NCBI RefSeq assembly: GCF_004010195.1
Contig: NC_057719.1
Coordinates: 40,685,273 to 40,749,272 of the forward strand
From: Chiloscyllium plagiosum
Taxonomy: Eukaryota
Direction: 5' to 3'
Length of the DNA stretch: 64,000 nucleotides
The notes beneath the pieces were generated by a model. The model saw only the letters and a program-made list of their open reading frames with translations. It was not told the DNA's origin and searched no databases. Each line of letters starts with the position of its first letter. Within the stretch, counting starts at the first letter, position 1. Below are positions 1-11,268 of this stretch, piece by piece. The translations under genes were made by a program, and so were the position numbers.

Positions 1-630
1 TTATGCTCCTCAGATCCTGTCTTACAGCATCGTATTTACCCTTCCCCCAATTGTAAAACCTACCCTGTTGCACGCACCTATCTCTCTCCATAACCAAGGT
101 GAAAGTCACAGAATTGTGGTCACCATCACCAAAATGTTCACCCACTAACAAGCCCATCACTTGTCCCGGTTCGTTACCAAGTACCAAATCCAATATGGCC
201 TCCCCTGTGGTCGGGCAATCTACATACTGAGTTAGAAAAGCTTCCTGTACACACTGCACAAACACCGCCCCATCCAATCCACTTGATCTAAAGAGCTTCC
301 AATCAATGTTTGGGAAGTTGAAATCACCCATGACTACTACCCTGTGGCTTCTGCACCTTTCCAAAATCTGTTTCCCAATCTGTTTCTCCACATCTCTGCT
401 GCTATTGGGGGGCCTATAGTAAACACCCAACAAGGTGACTGCACCTTTCCTATTTCTGACTTCAGCCCATAATACCTCCAAAGGTAGATCCCCCTCGAAC
501 TGCCTTTCTGCAGCCGCTATACCATTTCTAAATAGCAACGCCACCCCCCATCCTTTTTTACCACCCTCCCTAATCTTACTGAAACATCTGTAACCAGGAA
601 CCTCCAACAACCATTCCTGTCCCTCTTCTA
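1..630 (-). mobile_element. CR1-clade LINE fragment (APE endonuclease region of ORF2)
   Basis: Minus-strand translation gives typical CR1 endonuclease motifs: EWLLEVPGYRCF, GVALL, LGVYYRPP, VVVMGDFNFPNIDW, EAILDLVLGNEPGQV. The fragment runs off the window edge. Confidence 0.9.
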
Positions 631-1130
631 TGAGGGATCTTGTCAAAGGCCTTGCTAAATTCCATATAGACAACACCTCAAGGCCCTAGCAATTCCCTCC
701 ATCACCTCTGTCAGCATTCTGGGAAAGACTGCAAATGTTTAAATGCAAATGTTACCTCATTAACATGAGTTCTCCATAGTATCAGCCACTACAGGTAAAC
801 TAGATGCTGAAAATTCTCAAAGTGAATGTCAGAGCAGGTACCTGGTGACCTCAGCTCACCATTGGCTGTGGAGAGCCTCCATATTGGTCACCATGCAACA
901 GCGTCTTAAAGCGTGATTCACAATAACCAGCTGCATGTACTCCTCATCCATGGACATTTGTGTCTGATAATTACCAACAAAGTTGGTGTTCATGCTGAGG
1001 CTGAAGCTAAATGAATGATGAAGACATAGCCTTCATTATTTGGGTACAGCATGTCTCATTGGATGGAAGAGTGTGTGTAGCCATCAGGATATGTCACCAC
1101 TGACTGTCCTCAGAGCTGAGAATCTATTTT

Positions 1131-1400
1131 AAGACCATAAGACCTTAAGACATAGGAGCGGAAGTAAGGCCATTTGGCCCATCAAGTCCACTCCGCCATT
1201 CAATCATGGATGATGGGCACCTCAACTCCACCTACCCGCATTCTCCCCGTAGCCCTTAATTCCCTGTGACATCAAGAATTTATCAATTTCTATCTTGAAG
1301 ACATTTAGCGTCCCAGCCTTCACTGCACTCTGTGGCAATGAATTCCACAGGCCCACCACCCTCTGGCTGAAGAAATGTCTCAGCATTTCTGTTCTGAAAT
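1131..1400 (-). mobile_element. CR1-clade LINE 3' end (3'UTR with short tandem tail)
   Basis: (AAGACCAT)-like tandem tail at 1131-1152, followed by the reverse complement of a CR1 3'UTR and C-terminal coding (FFSQRVVGLWNSLPQSAVKAG). Confidence 0.85.
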
Positions 1401-1682
1401 GTTTCCTTTTCTTCCAGTATTGTCAGGAAGAAAGCTGTCTCCAAGATATTGGTTGCTGATGGCTATCTTGCTAAGAAGGAAAAGGCAGGTGCAGGAGGAC
1501 CTGGGCTGACAGCAGGCCCAGAAGCAGAAGCAAGCTACTGTGGAAGATGGGGAGCATCCAGGACAGGTCACAGCCACAGGGCCTCAGAGATTTTTCCCTC
1601 TGAGTCCCATTCCTGGGGCTGAGCGAGGAACAGTGCTCCATATATCCCAGGACACCATGACAGAACCACACCAAATGCTAGA

Positions 1683-3460
1683 GTGGTACCTGTAGAAGTG
1701 GGTCATCATCCTTTCTCAATGACAAAGAAGGTGACAGTCCCTTTGAACGTCTATGTGACTGGCTCTCACCAGGGAGCAACCGATCACCTGTGTAGGATCT
1801 CCCAGTTGTACTGTCACAAATGTGTCAGGACAGTGACCGATGCCATCAAACCATCAGCGACTTCATCATTGACCTTCCCGCCATCATAAGGTCAGAGTGG
1901 GGATTTTCAAAATGATTACACAATCTTTGACCCATTTATGACTCCTTAGACAATGAAGCAGTCCATGTTCAAATGCAATAAGATCTGGACGTTATCCAAT
2001 ACCAAGTAATATTTTCACCGCACAAGTGCCAGGCAATGACCACCATCTCCAATAATCTAATCTCTCACACTCTAATCACCGCCCTTGACATTCAATGGTG
2101 TTATCATCACTGAAACCCCCACTATCAACATCCCTGGGGTTACCATTGACCAGAAACTTAACTGGATTCATTACATTAACACAGTGGCTACATACCAAAA
2201 ACTAGGAATACTGCAGCAAGTAACTCACCTCCTGACTCCCTAAACCTGTCCACCATCTACAAGGCACACGTCATGAGTGTGATGAAATATTCCCCATTCA
2301 CCTGGATGGGTGCAGCTTCAACAATATACAAGAAGCTTGACAATACTCAGGAAGATTGACGCAATCTAGGACAAAGCAACCCACTTGACTGGCATCACAT
2401 CCACTCCCTCCACTGTGAACTATATCCTTTGACAACACCTTCCAAACCCATGAGCACTTCCATTTAGAATGACAAGGGAAGTAGGTACATGGGCACACCA
2501 CCACTTGCAAGTTCCTCTCCAAGCCATTCACCATCCTGACTTAGAAATGTATTGCCGTTCCTTCACTGTTCCTGGGTCAAAATCCTGGAATTCATTTGGA
2601 CTGCAACGGTTCAAGAAGGCAGCTCACCACCACCTTCTCAAGGGTAACGAGGGACGGGCAATAAAATGCTGGCCAGTCAACACTGTCCACATCCCACGAA
2701 TGAATATATATAAAAAAAGCAAGGTCACAACAGATCATTTCATTTCCTGGTGATGAGGTCATGCTGCAGATTGTGCAGTTAGATTCAGAAACACAGCTAG
2801 GTTTGCCCGTGCGCAGGGTGACATCACTGAGTGGGCTATTATCACTGCACCATGGAGTTCATTCATAACAAAGGGTTCAATTCCATTAATGTTCAGAAGA
2901 TCTGTTATGGTGTCCTGGAAGTGTGTGCTTACTCCCCTGCCAGCTGCCATGACTACTACATCCTGGAGCACTCTCATGTATCTGGTCCAGTTGAGGTTCT
3001 TAGAGTCTACTTGACTACTGAGGGTTCTAAATTGCCTTTTTAGATCTTCAATTCTGGCATTTAGCTTTGTGACATCTGCAACCTTGTTCCTATATGGTAT
3101 TGGAGTCTTACAAGACCGGTTACTCAGAGCTAACTGCCATTGTGTTTATGGCTCAAGACTCTATTGGACAGTACCCTAACTGATGTGGAACCCAGATAAG
3201 ATGGTGCCTATGTTTTAACCAGGACTGTGGTAGATCAGAGTATAGGGCTGCTGAAGATGGAGTTCAGCTGGTTCCTGGGCAGTGCAATCTAATATATTCT
3301 GGACAGAGAATGCTACATCACCCTGGTGTGCTGGGCTCTGCACAACTGGAGGATGCATTGAGATGATGTACTAGATGCTGAGAACCTGGCAGAAAGGGAG
3401 CAGTTTTTCGCAGTGGAGGATGATGAGAACAGTGAGCATGAGGAAGCTTTCCTTGAGCTC
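1683..3460 (+). mobile_element. Degenerate PIF/Harbinger DDE transposase (HARBI1-like), interrupted
   Basis: Fragments KKVTVPLNVYVTGSHQGATDHLCRISQLYCHKCVRTVTDAI (~1725-1850), HNKGFNSINVQKIC..LEVCAYSPASCHDYYILEHSHV (~2860-2980) and DQSIGLLKMEF...ITLVCWALHN (~3233-3348), plus an acidic tail, occur in the order expected for Harbinger transposases. Stops and insertions are present. Confidence 0.8.
1940..2715 (+). mobile_element. Old non-LTR retrotransposon 3' fragment (CR1/L2 group) inserted in the Harbinger relic
   Basis: Decayed RT C-terminus (LGVTIDQKLNW, TIYKAHVMSVMKYSP) and a 3'UTR ending GGGCAATAAAATGCTGGCC...CCCACGAATGAAT plus A-rich tail. The same family recurs on the minus strand at ~14990-15320, ~19155-19580, ~23650-25880 and ~31790-32300. 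Confidence 0.75.
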
Positions 3461-4638
3461 AACTGTGTTGAGTGCTATAAGTCAGAAAGGACCTGACTGA
3501 CATCCCAGCTGAGTGTTGGGCCAGCAGGAATTGTGGACTGTGAAAGAGCCATTGGTCATCATGCTAGCATTTGGTTTGTACTGCTGGGGCAAAGTGCAAC
3601 CTTCAACCATTTTTTTTATGATTGCTTTTGCTGGCTGTAAATATGTTTGGAATTGCCTGATGGTTTGCTCGTATGTGATGTCCCAAACTGGACAATGATA
3701 AGATGCAGCTCTCCAGAGAGTGAGTACTGGGGACAAGTGACTTAGAGAGTGTGGGAGGATAAGATATTACTCAACATATAGTTACAGTAAACTGTGTGGC
3801 CTGGTGGTTAAGCAGTGACTAGAGTGATAGAATATGGTTGTATGTGCAAGTCAGTGTCAGTCATCTTGTCTATGCGCCGTGAGCAATGTGGCATTGTGGT
3901 TGCTGCACCATTATGTTGCCAGAGAGAGGAAATGGCAAATTGCCAACCCTTGTCTGGGTGCACAGCGACCTTTTAAAGATGGCATGGATGCCAGTGATGC
4001 CCGCTTTCAGAGGATAATCAGTGAGTGGGAACAGCAGGTAGAATTGGGTAGAATTGGATGAGAGGGCTGTCTTGAGGTAGGGTAGGTAGTACAAGAGGCA
4101 AATTTGATAAGATGTGGTGAGAATACTCACCAAGCCACATGGTGAAAATCTCTCTGAAACTCAATGAAACTGGCACTGAGTCAAAAACAAGATTGTGCCC
4201 CACGTCATCATGAGTGAAAGGTGATAACTTTTAACAATAAGGTTGCACTGTCTCTAGTTATTAAATTGGTATGCAAGCAATGTAAAAATGAAGCAAATTC
4301 AGCAGGTGGGTGTTGGACCTGTGCCAGAACTGGGATCCCAAATTGCTAAGACTATGTAGCAGCTGTATGTGTTTTTGCATGAGATTTTTATACAGTGAGC
4401 TTAAATTTACATAAATTTACTTCAACTGATTGTTAGGTGCAGAGTTCCTAAAGATAACTCTTTCACTGTGTTGAAAACTGGAAGAACAGGTATTGCCAGA
4501 AAAAGACATAATTCCAAACTCGATATGTGCTTATAAATGGCTGATAGAGATTGGTTCCTCTTATTCTGAGACTAAGTACAAAAATAGAAGTGTTAAGAAG
4601 AAAATTATGTGCATATGAAGTACAACTTCATATGAAGT

Positions 4639-4957
4639 GGGCGGCATGGTGGCACAGTGGTTAGCACTGCTGCCTCGCAGCGCCAGAGACCCGGGTTCAA
4701 TTCCCGCCTCAGGCGACTAACTGTGTGGAGTTTGCACGTTTTCCCCGTGTCTGCGTGGGTTTCCTCCAGGTGCTCCGGTTTCCTCCCACAGTCCAAAGAT
4801 GTGCAAGTCAGGTGAATTGGCCATTCTAAATTGCCTGTAGTGTTAGGTAAGGGGTAAATGTAGGGGTATGGGTGGGGCAGTGTGGACTTGTTGGGCCGAA
4901 GGGCCTGTTTCCACACTGTAAGTAATCTAATCTAATCTAAGTAATCTAAAAAAAAAA
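4639..4957 (+). mobile_element. HE1-type tRNA-derived SINE (young copy)
   Basis: GGGCGGCATGGTGGCACAGTGGTTAGC (A box), GGTTCAATTCC (B box), a conserved central domain, a LINE-like 3' tail (GGGCCGAAGGGCCTGTTTCCACACTGTA) and an (AATCT)n end. Confidence 0.93.
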
Positions 4958-5235
4958 CTTTCGGTCTCTGCCAGTCCGTGAAGTGAACATTTCCTCAGTT
5001 GTCACAATGATATATTGTGACTAAGGTTGTATTGTATAAACAAGTTGATAAGTTTGTTAAAATATTAATTCAAAAGTATAATTACACGAAACATTAATTG
5101 TAATAATTAAACTCTTCTATGCTGAAGCGGGGCTCAAATCTTATGGTTTTTGATTTGAAGCCATTTAATTCTGCAGAACTGCAATGCTGTGCTTTGTGCT
5201 GTTGTGCCAGAAGCTTCTTCTGTATTATTGTAGTC

Positions 5236-7160
5236 AAACTGGATGGTATTAGGCAAGAACTTTCGAAAGCTGATTGGAGGCAGATGTTCGCAGGTAAAGG
5301 GACGGCTGGAAAATGGGAAGCCTTCAGAAATGAGGTAACAAGAATCCAGAGAAAGTGTATTCCTGTCAGGGTGAAAGGGAAGGCTGGTAGGTATTGGGAA
5401 TGCTAGATGACTAAAGAAATTGAGGGTTTGGTTAAAAAAAGAAAGAAGCATATGTCAGGTATAGACAGGATAGATCGAGTGAATCCTTAGAAGAGTATAA
5501 AGGAAGTAGGAGTATACTTAAGACGGAAACCAGGAGGGCAAAAAGGGGACATGAGATAGCTTTGGCATATAGAATTAAGGAGAATCCAAAGGGTTTTACA
5601 AATATATTAAGGATAAAAGGGTAACTAGGGACAGAAGAGGGCCTTTCAAAGATCAGCAAGGCGGCCTTTGTGTGGAGCCACAGAAAATAGGGGAGATACT
5701 CAATGAATGTTTTGCATCAGTATTTACTGTGGAAAAGGATATGGAAGATATAGACTGTAGAGAATTAGATGGTGACATCTTGCAAAATGTCCAGATTACA
5801 GAGGAGGAAGTGCTGGATGTCTTGAAATGGTTAAATCCACAGGATTTGATCAGGTGTACCCGAGAACTCTCTGGGAAGCTAGAGAAGTGATTGCTGGGCC
5901 ACTTGCTGAGATATTTGTATCATTGATAGTCACAGGTGAGGTGCCGGAAGACTGGAGGTTGGCAAACATGATGCCACTGTTTAAGAAGGGTGGTAAAGAC
6001 AAGCCAGGGAACTATAGACCAGTNNNNNNNNNNNNNNNNNNNNNNNNNNNNNNNNNNNNNNNNNNNNNNNNNNNNNNNNNNNNNNNNNNNNNNNNNNNNN
6101 NNNNNNNNNNNNNNNNNNNNNNNNNNNNNNNNNNNNNNNNNNNNNNNNNNNNNNNNNNNNNNNNNNNNNNNNNNNNNNNNNNNNNNNNNNNNNNNNNNNN
6201 NNNNNNNNNNNNNNNNNNNNNNNNNNNNNNNNNNNNNNNNNNNNNNNNNNNNNNNNNNNNNNNNNNNNNNNNNNNNNNNNNNNNNNNNNNNNNNNNNNNN
6301 NNNNNNNNNNNNNNNNNNNNNNNNNNNNNNNNNNNNNNNNNNNNNNNNNNNNNNNNNNNNNNNNNNNNNNNNNNNNNNNNNNNNNNNNNNNNNNNNNNNN
6401 NNNNNNNNNNNNNNNNNNNNNNNNNNNNNNNNNNNNNNNNNNNNNNNNNNNNNNNNNNNNNNNNNNNNNNNNNNNNNNNNNNNNNNNNNNNNNNNNNNNN
6501 NNNNNNNNNNNNNNNNNNNNNNNNNNNNNNNNNNNNNNNNNNNNNNNNNNNNNNNNNNNNNNNNNNNNNNNNNNNNNNNNNNNNNNNNNNNNNNNNNNNN
6601 NNNNNNNNNNNNNNNNNNNNNNNNNNNNNNNNNNNNNNNNNNNNNNNNNNNNNNNNNNNNNNNNNNNNNNNNNNNNNNNNNNNNNNNNNNNNNNNNNNNN
6701 NNNNNNNNNNNNNNNNNNNNNNNNNNNNNNNNNNNNNNNNNNNNNNNNNNNNNNNNNNNNNNNNNNNNNNNNNNNNNNNNNNNNNNNNNNNNNNNNNNNN
6801 NNNGAGGGGCATGGATTGGATAAATAGACAAAGTCTTTTCCCTGCGGTGGGGGAGTCCAGAACTAGAGGGCATAGGTTTAGGGCGAGAGGGGAAAGATAT
6901 AAAAGAGACCTAAGGGGCAACTTTTTCACGCAGAGGGTGGTACGTGTATGGAATGAGCTGCCAGAGGAAGTGGTGGAGGCTGGTACAATTGCAACATTTG
7001 AGAGGCATTTGGATGGCTATATGAATAGGAAGGGTTTGGAGGGATATGGACTGGGTGCTGGCAGGTGGGACTAGATTGGGTTGGGAATCTGGTCGGCATG
7101 GATGGGTTGGACTGGAGGTTCTGTTTCCATGCTGTACATCTCTATGACTCTATGACTGTA
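5236..7160 (+). mobile_element. HER1/CR1 LINE, 5'-truncated, spanning an assembly gap
   Basis: ORF2 motifs (FASVFTVEKD, VPEDWRLAN..PLFKKGGKDKPGNYRP) before the gap. After it come NFFTQRVVRVWNELPEEVVEAG, the 3'UTR and a (CTATGACT)n tail. Frameshifts and stops are present. Confidence 0.93.
6024..6803. other. Assembly gap (780 N)
   Basis: Run of N characters inside the LINE. Confidence 1.
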
Positions 7161-7323
7161 TTTCCACTTATTTTTGTGACTTCTCTCGATGAATCCCACA
7201 GATTTCAGTTTTAGTAAATTATTTCTGGCTCTTTTCAGCTGTCTCAAATAATCCTACTCTTCTATTTTCTATAAAAGAAATCACATCCCTTTAACAGATT
7301 GCTCTCAATGATTCAAGCTGCTT

Positions 7324-8105
7324 CTGCATTTTGGGAAAGCAAATCTTAGCAGGACTTATACATTTAATGGTAAGGTTCCAGGGAGTGTTGCTGAACAAAG
7401 ACACCTTGGAGTGCAGGTTCATAGCTCCTTGAAAGTGGAGTCACAGGTAGATAGGATAATGAAGAAGGCATTTGGTATGCTTTCCTTTGTTGGTCAGAGT
7501 ATTGAGTACAGGAGTTGGGAGGTCATGTTGCGGCTGTATAGGACATTGGTTAGGCCACTGTTGGAATATTGTGTGCAATTCTGGTCTCCTTCCTATCGGA
7601 AAGATGTTGTGAAACTTGAAAGTGTTCAGGAAAGATTTACAAGGATGTTGCCAGGGTTGGAGGATTTGGGCTATCAGGAGAGGTTGAATAGACTAAGGCT
7701 GTTTTCCCTGAAGCATTGGAGGCTGAGGGGTGACCTTATACAGGTTTATAAAATCATGAAGGGAATGGATAGGAAGAATAGGCAAGGTCTTTTCCCTGGG
7801 TTGGGGGTGTCCAGAGCTGGAAGGCAGAGGTTTAGGGTGAGATGGGAAAGATATAAAAGAGACCTAATGGGCAACTTTTTCACACAAAGAATGGTATGTG
7901 TGTGGAATGGGCTGCCAGAGGAAGTGGTGGAAGCTAATACAATTGCAACATTTAAAAGGCATTTGGATGGGTATATGAATAGGAAGGGTTTGGAGGGATA
8001 TGGGCTGGGTCCTGGCAGGTGGGAATAGATTGGGTTGGGATATCTGGTTGGCATGAATGAGTTGTACTATTTTCATGCTGTAAATCTCTATGACTCTATG
8101 ACTGT
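7324..8105 (+). mobile_element. HER1/CR1 LINE 3' fragment (~780 bp)
   Basis: ORF 7411-8028 (LYRTLVRPLLEYCVQFWSP...RLRGDLI.VYKIM...WNGLPEEVVEA) plus 3'UTR and CTATGACT tail. Confidence 0.95.
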
Positions 8106-8964
8106 TTTTGTATCAATGCTAATTCCTGTTGCTTCACAGTTTTTTTCCTGATGCATTCTGCTGACTGTTTAATAAACTTTTCCTGACTCTACAACAGTTT
8201 TGAGGAATAGATCTCCCACAGTTTCCTAATTTTCTCCCTAATTTTCTTCTTCCATTAGACTTGTCTGCTTAGGCTTCTAAATTGCCTCTTTAGGTTTTCA
8301 ATTCTTTCTAGTTTTGTAACATCTGCAACTTTGTTCCTATACATCCCTATATTGTTTTAAATTGCTCTTGTGTCCTTAGATTTCCCTTAGTGTAGTCATG
8401 CCTCATTATAAACACTGTTTGTTAATGACACTTGATCTGAGCTGTCAGTAATTCCTTCAATTCCAGCTTTTCTGGTTTATTATAGCATTGCTTTCTTTTA
8501 AGTTTTATCTTGCCCGCTAGTAATTTGAATTTCACAATAAAGCCTCCAATGTTTGGCCTCTCCAAGGCTGACTCTCCAATCAGGATGCCTCTTAAAGATC
8601 ATTGGCAGTTGATGTAATCTGCAATTGTTTAAGTCTGACTGGTGTTCCAGCTCCATGATTGAGTTTCTAGCTCATGGTCACTTTTGCTCAGTTTATGAAG
8701 GACATTTTATGATTAATCGTAGACAGTAGAATTTTGCCACAAGTTTCTCTCCTGCAAGGTTCTTGAAAGGTCAGTCCTTCCAGTTGATACTGTCTACAGA
8801 AGCAGCCTTCTTAAAGTGCTGTCTAAAGATGCTTCAGACCTCCAGGCTTGCTATCTCTGATTGCGATCTACAAATATAGTAGAGGAAAACTACTTGATAG
8901 TCTAGCAGGTAGACGCTCTTGCTTTACAGCAATGAGGTACGAGTTACTTTGATCTGTTAGACAT

Positions 8965-9272
8965 TCATAGAATAATAGAACCTTATAGTGTGAAAGCAGG
9001 CCATTCAGACCATTGATTCCACACTGACACTCCAAAGAGCATCCCACCCTATCCCTGTAAACCTACATTTCAAATGACTAATGCACTTAGCCTGAACACT
9101 ATGGTCAATTTAGCATGGCCAATCCACCTAACCTGCACATCTTTGGACTGTGGGAGGAAGCTCACAAAGACACAGGGAGAATGTGCAAACTCCATATACA
9201 CAGTTGCCCGAGGTTGGAATTGAATCCAGGTCACTTGAGGCAACAGTGCTAACCTCTGAGCCACCATGGCAC
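8965..9272 (-). mobile_element. HE1-type SINE (older)
   Basis: Reverse complement of the SINE head (GGTGGCTCAGAGGTTAGCACTG), central domain (GGAGTTTGCACATTCTCCC) and LINE-like tail. Confidence 0.88.
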
Positions 9273-9761
9273 CTCATTGTTACTGAGACAATGTGAAAGA
9301 CTTCGATGTTAGGTCTTACTCCTTTAATGTCCAAAGCTCACCTCCCACCCAAGTCCATCCAACATCATCATATTAGGCCATACCTAATCCACCCCTCAGA
9401 AACCTTTACTCTAAACTGCATGGATGCTCCGCACACAGCTGTTAGCCAATGCTGTGCCCCACATTGACGTCTGGTTTCAGATGTTGTTGTCACACACAGA
9501 CCTCAGACATCTGAGGAGAAGCAAATAAATCTAGGGGGATGTAGTTCCTCAGCATTTACTCATCCCCTTTTAAAAAAAAACTGGCTTTAGGATTTGGTCA
9601 GGACATTGACATCAGGATCAAATGGGGGTCACAACACTGCACTACACGAGGAACAGTCACCAGACAGAAATTTCCTTTGAATTGACCAATTAGTGGCCAG
9701 AAGCTGCATTCAGTATCCAATTAAGAATGACAGGCAGACTCTCAAAACCAGAAAGCCTCGA

Positions 9762-10118
9762 GATCATAGAATCATAGAATGCTAACAGAGAGGAAAGAGG
9801 GGATTTGACCCATCGAATTTGCACGGACTCTGCAAACAGGATCCCACCCAGACCCAATCCCCTACTATATTCTGTAACCCCACATTTCCCATAGCTGATC
9901 CACTTAGCCTACACATCCCTCTACACTATCCACAATTTCACATGGCCAATTCACCTAAGCTGTGCATCTTTGGACTGTGGGAGGAAACCGGAGCACCCAG
10001 TGGAAACCCACACAGACTCAGGGAGATGTGCAAACTCCACAGATAGCAGCCCAAGTCAGGAATCAAACCCAAGCCCCTGGTGCTGTGAGGCCGCAGTGCT
10101 AACCATTGAGCCCCATGG
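9762..10118 (-). mobile_element. HE1-type SINE (older)
   Basis: Reverse-complement SINE head and central domain with an (ATCATAGA)n tail. Confidence 0.88.
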
Positions 10119-10149
10119 AGGTGCCCTCTTGCTAATGTTTTGAAAATAT

Positions 10150-10330
10150 TGTGTAGGCGGGTATAATTAAAACATTTAAATGACATTTGGACAGGTAGTC
10201 GGATTGGAAAGGTTTAGAGGGTTATGGTCAAATCCAGGCAAATGGGACTAGTTCAGTTTGGGAAACCTGGTCAGCATGGACAAGTTGGGCCATTTCTGTG
10301 CTGTTTAACTCTACAACTCTACAACTCTAA
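10150..10330 (+). mobile_element. HER1/CR1 LINE 3' tip
   Basis: ACATTTAAATGACATTTGGAC...GGTTTAGAGGG...GGTCAGCATGGACAAGTTGGGC matches the HER1 3'UTR. Ends in an (ACAACTCT)n tail. Confidence 0.8.
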
Positions 10331-10489
10331 AACCTGCCCTCAGCAACTAGGCTCCCATTGTGGAGGGTAAAATGGCATGGAACTTTGACAAAGCAGTACA
10401 ATGGCCAGCAGCATGCCCATCTCTGTGCTCATCCCATCTGGGGCTAGTAAACATGGCCTAAACTTTTGTCAATAAATGGTCAGGATTCA

Positions 10490-11268
10490 CTGCTTTTTGG
10501 AAAAGCAAATCTTTGGAGGACTCATACACTTAATGGTAAGGTCCTGGGGCATGTTGCTGAACAAAGAAACCTTGGAGTGCAGGTTCAAAGCTCCTTGAAA
10601 GTAGAATCACAGGTAGATAGGATAGTGAAGAAGGCATTTGGCATGCTTTCCTTTATTAGTCGGAGTGTTGAATACAGGTGTTGGGAAGTCATGTTGTGAC
10701 TGTACTGGACATTGGTTAAGCCACTTTTGGAATATTGCGTGCAATTCTGGTCTCCTTCCTATCGGAAGGATGTTGTGAAACTTGAAAGTATCCAGAAAAG
10801 ATTTACAAGGATGTTGCCAGCATTATTGAGCTATAGGAAGAGGCTGAATAGTGCAGGGCTGTTTTCCCTGGAGCATTGGAGGCTAAGAGGTGATCTTATG
10901 GAGGTTTATAAAATCATGAAGGGCGTGGAGAGGATAAATAGACAAAGTATTTTCCCTGTGGTGGGGGAGTTCAGAATTAGAGGGCATAGGTTTAGGGTGA
11001 GAGGGGATAGATATAAAAGAGATTTAAGGGCAATGTTTTCACGCAGAGGGTGGCATGTGTATGGAATGAGCTGCCAGAGGAGGTAATGGAGGCTGGTACA
11101 ATTACAACATTTAAGAGGTATCTGGATGGGTATATGAATAGGAAGGGTTTGGAGGGATATGGGCTGGGTGCTGGCAGGTGGGACTAGAATGGAGTTGGGA
11201 TATCTGGTCAGCATGGACAAATTGGACCAAAGGATCTGTTTCTGTGCTATACATCTCTATGACTCTAT
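10490..11268 (+). mobile_element. HER1/CR1 LINE 3' fragment (~780 bp)
   Basis: Collinear with 7324-8105. ORF pieces 10466-10699 and 10712-11086 carry RT C-terminal motifs, followed by a CTATGACT tail. Confidence 0.95.

Noticed and set aside
4639..4720. tRNA gene-like A and B boxes
   Set aside because: These are the tRNA-derived heads of HE1 SINEs, continuing into SINE body and LINE-like tail. They are not tRNA genes.
5827..7074. Long ORFs of 277-415 aa in the ORF track
   Set aside because: Artefacts of translating through the 780-N gap inside a HER1 LINE.
7411..8028. 205-aa open ORF
   Set aside because: C-terminal part of LINE ORF2 in a truncated copy, not a host gene. The same applies to ORFs at 10712, 55299 and 58825.
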